Positions 1 to 12,330 of a stretch of DNA of 64,000 nt are shown one piece after another. Origin of the DNA: Camelus ferus (lineage: Eukaryota); contig NC_045699.1 in the NCBI RefSeq assembly GCF_009834535.1, positions 40,486,001 through 40,550,000 of the forward strand, in the 5' to 3' direction. The position numbers and the translations under genes were made by a program. Each line of letters opens with the position of its first letter. Position 1 is the stretch's first letter. The notes under the pieces were generated by a model. It searched no databases, was not told the origin of the DNA, and saw only the letters and a program-made list of their open reading frames with translations.

Positions 1-240
1 AAGTACTGCCAGGAACCCAATCTGGAGCTCTCCGATGCTGACTTAGTATCTGAAGTTTTGTTGTGCAAAGCACTATCTACGGAGTACCGCATAAGGACTG
101 CAGGTCATCCGTTCCCTTGATACTGTAAAACCAATCTCTGGGTTAATTCAGAGCATCTGAGTCCTAAGGGAGTTCTAACTAAATGGTAGAAGTGGAAGCA
201 CATTGCTAGGTGCCTTCTAATATTTACTCATCTTCTATGG

Positions 241-480
241 GAGGGGCTTGCAATTTTTTTTTCTTTTTTTGGGTGGTGGGTAAAAATCAAGACAGTAAAT
301 ATTTTAGGCTCTGTGGGATGCTGAGTCTCTGTTGCAATGATTCAACTCTGCCACTGGGCACAAAACCGCCACAAGTAATACACCAACAAGTGAGCTTGGC
401 TATGTTCCAATAAAACTTAATTTATAAAGACAGGCAGCAGGCTGAATTTGGCCTGAGGGTTTTCCAGTCCTGTTCTGTGG
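241..480 (-). mobile_element. MER58A-like hAT-Charlie MITE
   Basis: gacagtaaatattttaggct...caactctgcc...tgttccaataaaactt...ggcagcaggctgaatttggcc matches the reverse complement of the recalled MER58A consensus. Confidence 0.8.
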
Positions 481-2671
481 TATCAGCACCCCAGTTTCAG
501 CGGGTTGTCCTGAGGACATGGTGGAAAGGACTGAGAAGAAGGGGTCAAACTACCGAACATGCAAAGGTTCTGCCAAAATGTGAGCAAGCAGCAAAGTGAC
601 AAAGTGCAGCTCGTCTCCCACATGCACTCTGGCCTTCAGGCAGGTGGGTGAGTGAGAACAGGTGTCAAAGCCAGCCCTTCCCTGGCTGCGCCTCTGTAAC
701 GAAGGCTGGAGAGTGTCAGGCTTGTCTAAGTCTTACCATCTCTAACAGCTCCAGCCAAGCATGCTGAAAAGGGGCAATAAAGACCAAGTCTTAGAATCGT
801 CAGAGTTCACTATGGAAGACACATATAGGGTATGTTTTGTTTGTTCTATTCTTGCAAAAGGTTATTAGGGGATATGGCTCAAAAAGATAAAAGAAAACAA
901 AAACAAAGGAAATTCCACTCAGGTGAAAAAAAAAAAAAGGACACTCCATGTTATTACTGTCACTCTTTAAAAAAGAACAAATGTATTCAAGATCAGTACC
1001 CTCTTCTGAGCTCAAGATAGCATTTTAGTAATTTAACTATGGAGAGAATCATCTTTGTTTATGACATTTCCAGGTAAATTTTGGGGTACCACGTTTTCAC
1101 TTCACTGCACAGGATAATGGTTGTTCAGATCAAGGCTGTCTACTTTTATAGAATCAAAGAATTTCAGAATTTAGGAGAGTTTAGAGATTACAGGTCACAT
1201 AACAGCATCTGAGCCAAGTGACGCTTACCTAGTTGAAGTGGCAAGCAAGGCCGGACCCTGACTCAATGTTTTCACCATACAATCTCTCGCCTGCTTCCAA
1301 AAGGCTGCAGTAGGCTTAGGCCTCTTTTTAATCGGCAGATGAAGAGTAAAGTCAGAATGGCTGTGCGAGTCAGAGCCAACACCACCCTTGAGTTCAAGTA
1401 TTTGGCTCATGAAGCAGGAACTAATTTAACAAGGTGCTTCTTCAAGAAGGATTCAGCCCGAAATCAGGTGGATATGCTATAACCTACCTCGGAAATTCAT
1501 TTTGCATTTTAAATTCAACATTCAAATTCCTTGTGCATTTTTACATTAAATTAAAAATTTAAGCATGAAGTTAGAAGTAAACTCCAAGTCTGACTTATGC
1601 CCAGAAGCCAATTTATTCCTGTACTTGGGATTTATGGGCTGTGGAACATGTGGAAATTTTAAAAAGCAAGATTAGGGATTATTTGGTCCCTTAAGGTTAA
1701 CACGGATAGAGCAGTCTTTTGCCAAAACCCTGCAGCATGAGGACTTTTCTCACTACATGTCAATGTGATTGAGATTTGTGTTCTCTGGGTAATGTCACAG
1801 CTTTGGTACTGTAGGCAGTGAACTCATTTGACCTGATGTCTCAGTGTGTTAAAGCAGGTGGTGAACCTCGGCAAAAAAAAAAAAAAAAAAAAAGTAAACC
1901 TACAGCCATCTGTTAATTATGCTCTTTATCTAAAGATATTCAGAGCCCACAGGCTTTTTGTTTTAAATACAATATAAAAAAAATTAATAACAAAAGCTAC
2001 AAAGCTCTCCAGCAACTTAGAATGCTTTTCAGTCTCTCATTAAATAGAACTGGAAGAATATGTCAAATTAAAGCCAATTGCAAACTTATCCTAAACTGCT
2101 TATCCATTGTCTGGAATTTCTCTTCTCCTTGTTTCTACCAGTGCTGCCTGTCCTCTGGGCCATGTGATTGTTTATTAAGATCAGCAAGTTGGCCAATCAA
2201 AGTAGAAAAAGGAAAACTCCAATCGTTTTATTGTGTTCTTCTTACTGGCTCTAGCTCAACTCCAGTAAAAGTTATTTAATGGAGTGTGGGAAAAGGGGTT
2301 AAGACTGTGGACTAAAATAAAGAAATAACATTTCTCAAACATCTGTGACTTCGAACATCTTCCGGGTTCTATGAAAAACTGACAGACTGTTAAACACGGC
2401 TAAGTTTTCTAGATGATAATCAAAACCCTGCTAGGCTTGTTTTCCACTAATTCTACGTAATTTTCCCTCTTGTCCTGATACATATGAAACTACCTATAGG
2501 CTATGGTGATAGAGAATAATAAATAATTTGTATCTTTCATGGTGAGTGATTAATTATAGATATTTACCTATTAGTCCATCATCTATACATCTAACAACTG
2601 TCAATTATTAATCTCTCTCTGTTATCCACCCATCCATTCAACCTCTGTGAAATTATATTTCTTTAAAAAAA

Positions 2672-2818
2672 TTTTTTTAGGAGGGAGGTAATTAGGGTAT
2701 TTATGTATGTATGTATGTATGCATGTATGTAAGTATTTAATGGAGGGGGTACCGGGGATTGAACCCAGGACCTCGTGCATGTTAAGCATGCGCTCTACCA
2801 CTAAGCTATACCCTCCCC
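2672..2818 (-). mobile_element. Vic-1-type camelid tRNA-Ala-derived SINE
   Basis: Minus strand GGGGAGGGTATAGCTTAGTGGTAGAGCGCATGCTTAACATGCACGAGGTCCTGGGTTCAATCCCCGGTACC.. with A/B boxes, (CATA)n spacer, ctaattacctcccc and A-rich tail; flanks share gaaatataat (degenerate TSD). Confidence 0.9.
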
Positions 2819-2864
2819 ACAGCTGTCTGAGATTATATTTCACAGTAATTGAAAATTTGGGCTT

Positions 2865-3062
2865 TAGAGGCAGTAAATCCGATCTCAGTTCCTACTCCTA
2901 TCACTTACTAATTGTGGGACTTCGAAAAAGTTACTCAACCTCCCTGAGACCGTTTCCTCCTCTGTTTGATGGGGATAATAAGAAATATCTACAACTTTGC
3001 AAGTAAACAACTAGGCACAGAATCTAACATCTAGTAAGTGCTCAGCAAATGGTGGCCGTTTT
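2865..3062 (+). mobile_element. MIR SINE
   Basis: Core-like ttactcaacctccctgagaccgtttcctcctctgtttgatggggataat and 3' tagtaagtgctcagcaaatggtggcc. Confidence 0.7.
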
Positions 3063-3249
3063 GGTAACTGAGCTTTCCAGATCCCAGACCTTCAAAAACA
3101 GTGGGGAAAAAAGACTGAAATGCCTTCAACTCTGAAACGTCACAGCTCATCTATAATGGCCAAAGAGAGGCAGTGCCTATGCGATGGCCACTGAAATAGT
3201 GGAAATCGCCCATCTATTATTTCATGGAACAATCATTTGTGAAGGTCAA

Positions 3250-3470
3250 ACACAAGCAGTCAGTGTCAGGCACTGAGGGTAGAGGAGAGAGACACTTCAG
3301 TAAACACGGTAACAGATACAAAAGAGGTATGTACAAGTGTTAGATGGATGACAGTGACTCAGTATTTTTGGGTGTTGAGCAAGACCCTCCAAGGCTGTGA
3401 TGCCTGAATTGGGTCTTGAAGGATATGTAGGAGTTCACTAGATAGAAAAGAAGAAGTGAGGCATGCTTGG
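3250..3470 (-). mobile_element. L2 LINE fragment
   Basis: Antisense L2 motifs: tgtcaggcactgagg, gtcttgaaggatatgtaggagttcactagatag. Confidence 0.6.
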
Positions 3471-4413
3471 CCTCTGTTCTCAGTATTCCTGGCAAGTGGC
3501 CTGCATTGACTCTCACAACCAGCAGGGTCCTGGAGAGAATGGCTGTTACACTACAAACTTTAAGCAGATGTGCATGGCCGGCACCGAATTCTCACCCTGC
3601 TGGACATTAAAGAGCTACATGCTCCCTAAATCTAAGCTGAAAAGCCCCAAGAGAGACAGGCAGTGCTGAGGCAGGTTGGTCTCAGAGTCAGAAAGATATC
3701 TGTAGGGGATGATATTGGACAAGACATTAGGCCCAGGATAAAGTTCTAAAATGTTAACTATAAAAATAGAAAGAACAATAGAAAAACCCCACATGAAGTA
3801 AAGGGGGTAAGATGAAATACTAGAGATACACCCAGTGGAACGCACACAAAAGTCAGAAAGGAAAGGGGTAACAACTATCTCAAATACAGAGAAAGGAATT
3901 ACTTTGAGTTATTCTGTGAAAATGAATTCAGCATGGAGAATCAGGGATGCTCAAGAAAGGCGACCTACATCCTCATCAGTAGATCCCTGCAGTTTATGGG
4001 GCCTTTCCTGGACTACACTGGAGGAACACGTGGAACACAGCAGCAAAGGGGTGAATCCAAAAAGCCACCGGTCTTATCTTTGGGCTGGCAAGGTTTTCCT
4101 TGGCTAAGGAAAAGGACAGTGACCGGGACCAACATAGGAAAGAATAAAGTGGCCCACACACTCAGCCTCCTAGCACAACGGGGTTAAAAGCTGGCCAGCC
4201 AGGCTGCTTGGGCCCTGAGCTATAATGTAAAGAGTACTGTGAGACACACCGGGAAGAGATCAGAAACACGGGGCCAGCTAAGTCAGGTTTCCACATACAA
4301 CTTCTTACGTAACTGGCAGGAACAGATTGGTTCTACTCCCTGAAAGTAAACAAGAGTCTTCTAGAGAAAACAAAGGGGCCCAAAACAAAACACCTCCCTA
4401 GGTTTCATTTAGC

Positions 4414-4544
4414 TAAGGTGACCAAATGTCCCTGCTTGACCAGAAGATTCCCAGGTTAGGCCAGCTATTTCACCGTAATCAGCAATAGCAACCCTTCCTT
4501 CGCAAAATGTCCTGGTTGGAACGATACGTTACACAGTCACCGTC
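4414..4544. mobile_element. MER94-like hAT-Blackjack MITE
   Basis: Ends taaggtgacca / cagtcaccgtc resemble TAGGGTGACCA TIRs; internal gtaatcagcaatagc..caaaatgtcctggttggaacgata matches recalled MER94. Confidence 0.75.
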
Positions 4545-4639
4545 TATTGAGTCTACATAACAGATTACTAACAAAAAGCCTGAAATGTATACCTTTTGGT
4601 AGAAAATGTTATTTCAGGATAATCAAACAGCACCAGTGG

Positions 4640-5345
4640 AGGAGAAAACCTCCTACTTCACAGAAGAATGCCATTGTAGACCGACTGACAAAAGCAGAAA
4701 ATCATTTGTTTACAAATCCCGATGGAATTGTTAAACTAGTCAGGAATTATCGTTTGGAATTAAAACCATCAGGTGAAGAATTGATGGGGAACTGGAGATT
4801 ATGCAATGACGAAGGAACACCACACGGAGTGCATTTGGTGGCAGAAGGAAAAAAAGAAACGTACCTTTATAACAGAGGCTGTCAGTGCCCTAATACGGTG
4901 AACCTTAACTTCACCAATGATGGGTAAACCAGGGTACCACATCACTTAAAGTGCATTCTACTCACAATGTTTCCCCGGAATCTAATCAAGTCTGGAAATG
5001 TAACTTCCAGTTTATAGAAAATCCAAGAGACACAGGAAAAAGTTTAATCATGTTATGAGGCCCAATCCAGGCCAGTCTTTTCAACATGCCAGTGAAAGGC
5101 AAAAGAGGACTCTACTAGATTAAAAGAGACTTAAGGGACGTAAGAATCAAATGCACTGTGTGGTCCTAAAATCGACCAGCTCGAAAGGACATTGTGGAAG
5201 AACTGGGGAAATCTGAATATGAACTGGGTATAGAAAGAGAAGAAGAACCGATGATTAATTTTAGGTGTACTATGGTATCATTGTGCAAGAAAATGTTCTA
5301 TTTTTCATAAAGAAATGCATACTGAAAGGTGGGCATAAGGACATG
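4640..5345 (+). mobile_element. Old L1 (L1MC4/L1ME-like) 3' region
   Basis: ctagattaaaagagacttaagggac..aaatgca..aaggacatt..ggggaaatctgaatatgaactgggtat..ttttaggtgt..gaaatgcatactgaa, the typical L1MC/ME 3' UTR. Confidence 0.7.
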
Positions 5346-5939
5346 TTGTAATTTATTTTATTAATTCTACATAAAGATATGGTTAAAAAAGAAACAGGTG
5401 TACGTGTGTACACATATACACCCACTTGTACAAGTAAAAGAGCAGTTTCTCCCTGACCCCATCGGGAGAAAGTAGAACTGTGCAAAGAATAATCATCCGA
5501 ACGGGTTCAGATCAGCCTGTCCCAGGTGCCCCCCCATCTTTAGTCCTAACATGGGGGATGGGCCCAAAGACCAGGCGTGTTTTTATGGTAGATGCAGCCT
5601 GTGTGACAGAATCCTAAGACGGTGGCCTTCCCAGAATCACAGCGCTCACAGGGGCTGGAGTTACTGTCCTGCATAGCTCTTTGCCCTAAAGCAACGCATG
5701 GGCACCTGTCCAGGAATCCACAAATCTAAACTGAGGGAACGTCACCATTCACGTGGTAGTTTGGTCTCAAGAACACAAGCCCAGTAGCTGACACGGGGGT
5801 CCTGAGGGCCAACAGCACCCTCTCAGAGGGTCAATCCCGGGGGCAGGAGGCAAACCATTTCCTAACAGGGAGCCTGAACCCTGGTGAGCACATTAATTAT
5901 TGGACGCTGGTGCCCTGATGCCCCAAGAGAAAGACCTCT

Positions 5940-6380
5940 CTGTAGGGAGAACAGATACAGGTGACAGGTGAGGAACGGAACAGGTGAGGAGCGGGAGAGA
6001 CAGGATTTATGATAAAAGTAAAAAGACAGGGGTTAGACATGAGGAGAGGTGGGGGACTTATGGGGAAATACAACTTCATAAAGGAGGATGTGTTCACTAG
6101 GAAGGGCCAGGAGAGGCACCACAGCCACAGAGTGAGGAGTGAAGAGGAGTAAGAGGAGTGAGAGGAGACGCGGGCGGAGGGGAAGCCAGCAAACAGGAGA
6201 AGACGTGATGAGCAGGAACAGGAAGGGGGTGGGGGAGACAGCAGCCACGTGGGGAGACGGATGGGATCTGAAATGGCAAAGGAAGCAGAAGGACAGAGGG
6301 GGCAGGGAGCAGCAGAAAGACAGCTGGTCAGAGGTTGAGGGGGCAGAGTTTGGAACAAGTAAGAGCTGAAGGCATCTTTT
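5940..6380 (-). mobile_element. Purine-rich segment, probable decayed L2
   Basis: Strong G/A bias with antisense-L2-like blocks; no confident alignment by eye. Confidence 0.4.
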
Positions 6381-7734
6381 TCACTGCTGTACTCACTGAA
6401 ACTTACACAGTAGGAACTTGGGATGGAGGGAGGGAAGAGGGATAGGCAGGCAGGCCGACCCAGAAGGGGAAGCCTGAGGCCAGGCAGGGAGGAAGGGTAC
6501 GGGAAGGTGGGGAGAAGGACCAAGGAGGTAAGGAATGAGTAAGCACGTGTTCCAGAGGCACACAGGGGCTTGACATGAGCTTCAATACGACAGACTGGTG
6601 CTCACCAGCGTTCCACGTCACACCATTATGTAATTCAAATTTACCTTTGGAATACAAAAACTGTTCTGACCAACCAACATTTCTGCAGCCGACCCGAATC
6701 ATAACCGATCTTACACAAACGCCGAGCACGAGGGTAAGGGCATGATCCACTTTATTGCAAAAACAGAGCTGAGCGAGCAGCTCTTCGATCTTCTCTGCAC
6801 TGCTGAGTGATGCCAATCAGCCTATGGGGCTCCTTATCGTCCCCACGGTCCTCCTCTCATCCAGAGGGTCATTTCATCATACGGACTGGCCTAAGGCTGA
6901 ATATTTTCCATCCACTCTTCTGTCTGCCCAGAACCAATATAAGAGGCAAATGCTGGGTAACATAATTAATGTAGACAGAAATCTGACTAAATACTACCAA
7001 AAAAAAAAAATCAATTTTTCAGGCAGTTGATTATCTACATTGCTGACCACATTGATTACATTAATCATATGATGGCCAACACTTTACTTTCTTTCTGCTG
7101 GGCAAGATTTATTCTAGAGAACTAATAAATCTCTCCAGGATGTAAATCTCTCCCAGGACACATATTTTGATTGACAGCTCACAAACAATTTTGGAATGCA
7201 TGCAAAATTAGACTCACACACAATTTTCATACAAAGTCAAACCTATCCATCAACATAACAGTGGCTCCCAGAAAGCAGTCAAGGTTCTATGTCTGGAAAC
7301 CAGAAAGTAGGAAGTCTGATTTTCGAGAAGCCATAATCAACTGTATTTGTTTGTGGTTCTCAATGCGTGGAGGTGTTTTCCAGCATACGAATAAGATCAG
7401 AAATTTGCATTAAAAATTGTTATTACAGGATTTCAAATCACAATGAAGTCTGTGTTTGAGAATCGCTGGTTTGCAATTTGGGGGAAGAGACAGGTTAGTG
7501 AATGCAGATTCCTAGAATCTTCAGTTTGTTTTTCAAACAGGAAACAGTAAAAGAAATATGCTCCCCGACTCATGATGTCAGTCCCTTATGATACAGTCTA
7601 AACTTAGGAGGGTGGCACAAGCTTAATATCTATGCTTCCTACCTGCACAGTTAGAATCAGACATGCTATACAAATGACAGAATGCAGAAGTCACCACTGC
7701 AGGGCACCTGCACGGGAAAGTAAAGAGAAAGAAT

Positions 7735-7740
7735 ACTCAC
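7735..7740 (-). promoter_or_regulatory. 5' splice site of intron 3 (ATA|GTGAGT)
   Basis: Plus-strand ACTCAC immediately left of the exon. Confidence 0.95.
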
Positions 7741-7928
<188 letters not shown>

Positions 7929-9482
7929 TTAATCTTCTTTCTATCCCTGAAAATTGCCTTTGGTTTGTGCACCACATTGTGCACAATGGAGGTCTTTCCT
8001 CCTACACTGGTTTTCAAACTGGCTTATAATAAAGTAATGCTTCTTTTTTTCCTCCTTAGATAAAACCCAGTCCCAAATCTCTTCCTCTAGCGTAAACCTT
8101 AAGGCTACCTAAAGGTGATTAAAGGAAAGCAGATCGTTCAGCAAGCTGACATGGTGCATATAATGACTGTCTTCAGGTGATATCACAATCCTAAAACAAG
8201 AAATATTATTAAAGGGAAAAAAGACAGAGATACTTACCCTCTCTACGTTCATAGTTTATTATAATCAAACACATAATATACTCAGTCCACGAGTGTTACG
8301 TCTTAGCAGAAGTTCAGTCAGACTCAACTAATCAGGATTAGCTTCTATGGTTTGCTTTGGGCATAGAGTGTAAAACCACTGGAACAGTTAATCAGAATGA
8401 TTTGATCTGAACAACAGTCACTATTCTCCCTCCCACACAGTTGAATTTCCAGTATTTATTTTATAGCTGCCTTAATATCAGATTGAGGAGCCTAGTCAAT
8501 TTTTTAAAAAGGAAGAAGGACACTGTTCTTCTCATTATACAACATTTAGCAGCAAAGAGGTAAAAACATTTCTGAAAAACCTTCGACAAGATTGAAATCA
8601 AAAGGTTGTATGGTCAACTCTCAAATTAACCAGAATATGCCACTGCCTAACAATCCCAATCAAAATAGGTTTCATGGGTATAGTATATATGTACATTATA
8701 CATATATAAAAATACACAAAATGTAATAACGAATTACCTTGGAAACTGGAGGCAGATGGCTAATAATTTATTAAAGCAGTCTTGATTTTGTACAGAAATA
8801 CAAACTTCTGAACTAGGTTAGCAAATGGCTATCATGATTACATGATGACCTAATTATTCCTTAAATAGTTTTAAGCAGATAGAATTTTAATAAATTTAAT
8901 CCATGTTAGGTCTGTCTTGTTCCCAGTCTTTATCTTCCTTCTCATCCCATAAGAGGGAAGGGCCTCAAGTCATTAGACTAATCTTGACTTAAATAAGGTT
9001 TTAAGAAGTCCAACATGCCAGGACTAAAGAAACCACCTAGAATTCTGGATAGTTCTGCCCTGACCCTGACAGTCAGATCTAGTAACCGAGAAGCGTGAGC
9101 TCTGCCCTGGACAGTTGCTTTCTGAACCTAGTCCCTATCCAGGCAACCTGTCTTATGCCCCCACCCATCTTACCAGCCTGAAGTCCTGTGCCTGAGTCTC
9201 ACTCCAGGGGGCCTACCTCAGTCAAGTTCCCAGGAGACTGAGACTTACCCTTGGAAAACAGTATCACTGGCTCCCCAGTGAATCCCCAACACTGTGCTCT
9301 GCGTGGCTCTGAAGCACCTGTTGCTCTGAGCCGATACCAAAGAGTGTGCTTACTGGGCTCACCCGCTCTGCTTTCTGCCGGCTGAACCGGGCCTCCTCCA
9401 AGTACAAAACGCTGGGTCTGGACCTCGTCCACCCTGCCCGGCAGGCACGTCTCATGCCTTCACAGGGATGCCTAATGTCACA

Positions 9483-9851
9483 TTTCAACCCCTGCCTTTC
9501 TGCCCCTGATCAATGAATAGGAACAAAAAGTCAGTCTTCACAGATAGCGCCTGAACCAAGGTTTGAACAGAAGGTGTCCAACATATCTGATGATCCCTTG
9601 AAATGACTTTGCAGGGTATCCCTCAGCTACATCCTTGAGTTAATAATGCTGTCTTGAATGCTCATTGTCTTAACTGAATTATAAAAAGCAAATACTGAAA
9701 TAGTTACCTAATGTTCTTAGTATTTTTCTGTACTAGTTTGACTCATGCTTAATGCTGCAGAACAGAAATAAATGTTTCATAGCAAAAAGAAAAAAAAAAG
9801 TTTCAAGTTTCAACCCCTGCCTTTCTGCCCTTGCTCAATGAATATGAACAA
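9483..9851 (+). repeat. 44-bp direct repeats (9483-9526, 9808-9851; 41/44 identical) enclosing a poly(A)-ended ~280-bp segment
   Basis: tttcaacccctgcctttctgcccYtgMtcaatgaataKgaacaa occurs twice; AATAAA at 9767-9772 and A-tract at 9784-9799 lie between them. Confidence 0.9.
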
Positions 9852-9894
9852 GTTCTACACTTTGTTTCCTGAGATGTGACAATGATCACCCTTG

Positions 9895-10067
9895 GTACAA
9901 TCTTAAATTACAGTCCCCATGGCTACCTAGGAATCTGATAAAAATGCAAACCTTACAATCCTACTGCAAATCTTTTGCCTCAGAAACTCTGGAAATGAAG
10001 CTCAGCCATCTCTGTCTGAGGTGCCCTCTGGATGATTCTGATACATGCAGAAGTTTGAGAAGCACTG
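9895..10067 (+). mobile_element. MER5A hAT-Charlie MITE
   Basis: aaaatgcaaa..tcagaaactctgg..gatgattctgatacatgcagaagtttgagaagcactg matches MER5A 3' TIR region. Confidence 0.75.
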
Positions 10068-11053
10068 CAAATTATCAAGCATCGCATAGATGCTAGTTGT
10101 TGTGATCGTAATTAATTGTCTGGCTGGCCATAAAATTGCTCTTGGAAACTGAAGAGAAGAGGACCACAAAGGCAACAGTCACTCCAAAGTAGGGTGCGTT
10201 TTAAGGGCCAGGAAGACACAGAAATGAGTAAAACAGGCCGGATATAAGCAATAGGGAGTGATGGGGACTGCGGCACACTGAGAAACACACGCCCTAATCA
10301 GACAGAACAGCTGCTATTTAGCTCCGACTAATTGTTGCTGTTGGGATACAGGCCCAGTGTTGCCAGATTTTCTGACTTATCAAGGGAAGCCAAAAGTCTA
10401 GATTTTTTTTCTATAAAATATTTCTATTTTTAAATCTTGGCAACCCTATAAGAGATAAAGTATTATCTGTGCCTGAGTGGGGTCAGCTGCCACTCATCTG
10501 CCTCTCCATTTACTTCCTTAAGAAGATTGACCAAATAACACTGTGTTCTACACACAGCCTGGAACGCTGTACTGGCCACTTAGCACATGCTGATGATTAA
10601 GTAATTCTCCAGCACTTTTCTACAATAACATTAGACAAACTATTATACCCTTCTTAGGGAGAAATGGTTGAGACTTCTCTTTGTATCAGGTAAAAGCTAC
10701 ATGGTGACATAGGTTAGTGTAAGTAGTATTTAAAAAATGAATTTGACACTCACTACACTCAGCCAGCCATGTCAGTTGGAAGGAGTTCTATTTTTGTTTC
10801 TGGAGAAGGTAACTTATGCCAGAGAAAACAGCTTCAACATAGCAGACGCTTTTCACTGTTACGGTTAAATGTGTGTTGGACCCGTGAGATACTAGGAAGT
10901 AACAGCAATAAAAGAATCAGATGCAGTTCCCACGGGAGGGTAGGGGGACAGTCCATACAGACAGCAACCAAACAAAGTGCAGGACTATGTGCTCCAAAAG
11001 TAGAAACAAGAGGGCATATCTGCATTGCCGTCCTTAAATTTCAGTTGACTCTA

Positions 11054-11129
11054 AGGGCATTTAAACAGGTAAATGTTCTCAACAGTTGTATAGGGCATTT
11101 AAATAGACAATGTTCTCAATGGTTGTGTA
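11054..11129 (+). repeat. Degenerate 38-bp tandem duplication
   Basis: agggcatttaaacaggtaaatgttctcaacagttgtat followed by agggcatttaaatagacaatgttctcaatggttgtgt. Confidence 0.8.
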
Positions 11130-11689
11130 ACTGAAAATCCCGCTCCTGTAAAATGAGATTACTGTCTATTGTTGGAAAAGTCCTCTAATTTCCTATCTTG
11201 GTCTAGCTCTGCTTTTTCGTACTTCTGGCATGCCTTCTCTATTTCTTTCTGTACCTTCTCTAGCTTTTGTTCGGGGGCCGTATCACATGCCATCTCCTAC
11301 AGGAAGGTGTTCCTGTTGTTCTTCCTCTCCCCCAAAAGGCGATCTTCGCATCTTTCGAACCACAGGACTTCTATATTTTGCTTAATGTTAATAGTTACAT
11401 CTTAATTTCTTCTTCTAAACTACACATTGAGGGGAGGGGTGGTAGCTTACTGACTCTAATTTCTTTTTGGGCCCAGCACAGAGTGAGCAGACAACACATA
11501 CTTGTCTAATTTAACTGCATTTAAAAGGTGCATATAAACACAATGCCAAGTCCTACAAGTCAAAGTCGGTTTCTCAAGGAAATCTTCTATCACCTGCTTT
11601 CATGGAACCACATAATCCTTGACAGTATTCATCTCAGTAGCTTGAGTGCATCTATTTGTGTGATACCTGTTAGTATCTTCCTCCTGATC

Positions 11690-11980
11690 ACAGTATTACG
11701 TTCCAAGACAGGCAGAACACTGCAGTATCAGGGTCTATCAGAGTGCTACTGATGCTCAATAAATATTTGTTGGATGAAGGCTACAAGGAAGGAAAAATGG
11801 GAATTACATTAAACTGGAAATCAGGACATCTAATTTCTAGTCCTGGCTTCACCTCTAACACCTAGCCACAATAACCCTTAGGAGAAACTACTCTACCTCT
11901 TTAGAACTTCATTTTCCTGGTCTGTAAGATTATGCCATTGGAACAAACCATCTCCCGAAGGTTTCATCTAGCCATAAACT
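11690..11980 (+). mobile_element. L2 3' tail followed by MIR
   Basis: gatgctcaataaatatttgttggatgaa (L2 end), then tctagtcctggcttcacctctaac..cttcattttcctggtctgtaa..tcatctagc (MIR/MIR3). Confidence 0.65.
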
Positions 11981-12084
11981 GTAGGACTGTAAAGAAATAC
12001 ATCTACAATCCATGGAGCATGAAGGAGTTTTAACACCGTCCCTCTGGGAGCACACAATATATCATATATTGAAACATGACCTCA

Positions 12085-12330
12085 CTATTTCAAACAGTGC
12101 CTGACAACACAGGGCAGAACATGGTCAAGTCTGTACGTGAGCAATGCTACACGGGGGCTGAGCGAGTACAACGCGGTACGGAAGGAGAGGTCAAAGGAGA
12201 TGTCAGAGGACAGGATTTATCTGGCAGGTGGAGGTGAACATGTGTGACTCTTCCCAGGAGGAGGAACAGAAGAACAAAGGCTCAGGAGACAAAAGAACAC
12301 TGCATTCTCTCTCAACTGTGAAAAGAGAAA
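12085..12330 (-). mobile_element. L2 LINE fragment
   Basis: aggaggaacagaagaacaaaggctcaggagac resembles antisense L2 gagggaacagcatgtgcaaaggc. Confidence 0.55.

Larger units (their letters stand above)
1..7740 (-). other. GNAQ: GNAQ intron 3 (partial; exon 4 not found in window)
   Basis: Downstream of exon-3 donor on minus strand; no YLNDLDRVADP..-coding segment seen in 1-7740. Confidence 0.85.

Noticed and set aside
2672-2818. tRNA gene-like sequence (also at 40626 and 49585)
   Set aside because: tRNA-like head is followed by SINE body, A tail and TSDs; these are Vic-1 SINEs, not tRNA genes.
4516-4528. ttggaacgatac match to U6 snRNA
   Set aside because: Only ~12 nt and inside a MER94 MITE.
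4547-4927. 126-aa plus ORF
   Set aside because: Lies in an old L1 3' UTR remnant; no homology recognised.
5897-6523. 208-aa minus ORF rich in S/P/L
   Set aside because: Product of a purine/pyrimidine-biased, probably L2-derived stretch; low complexity.
8232-9248. Two consensus GTAAGT donors (8232-8237, 9243-9248) upstream of exon 3
   Set aside because: No convincing paired acceptor; such decoy donors are common in long introns.
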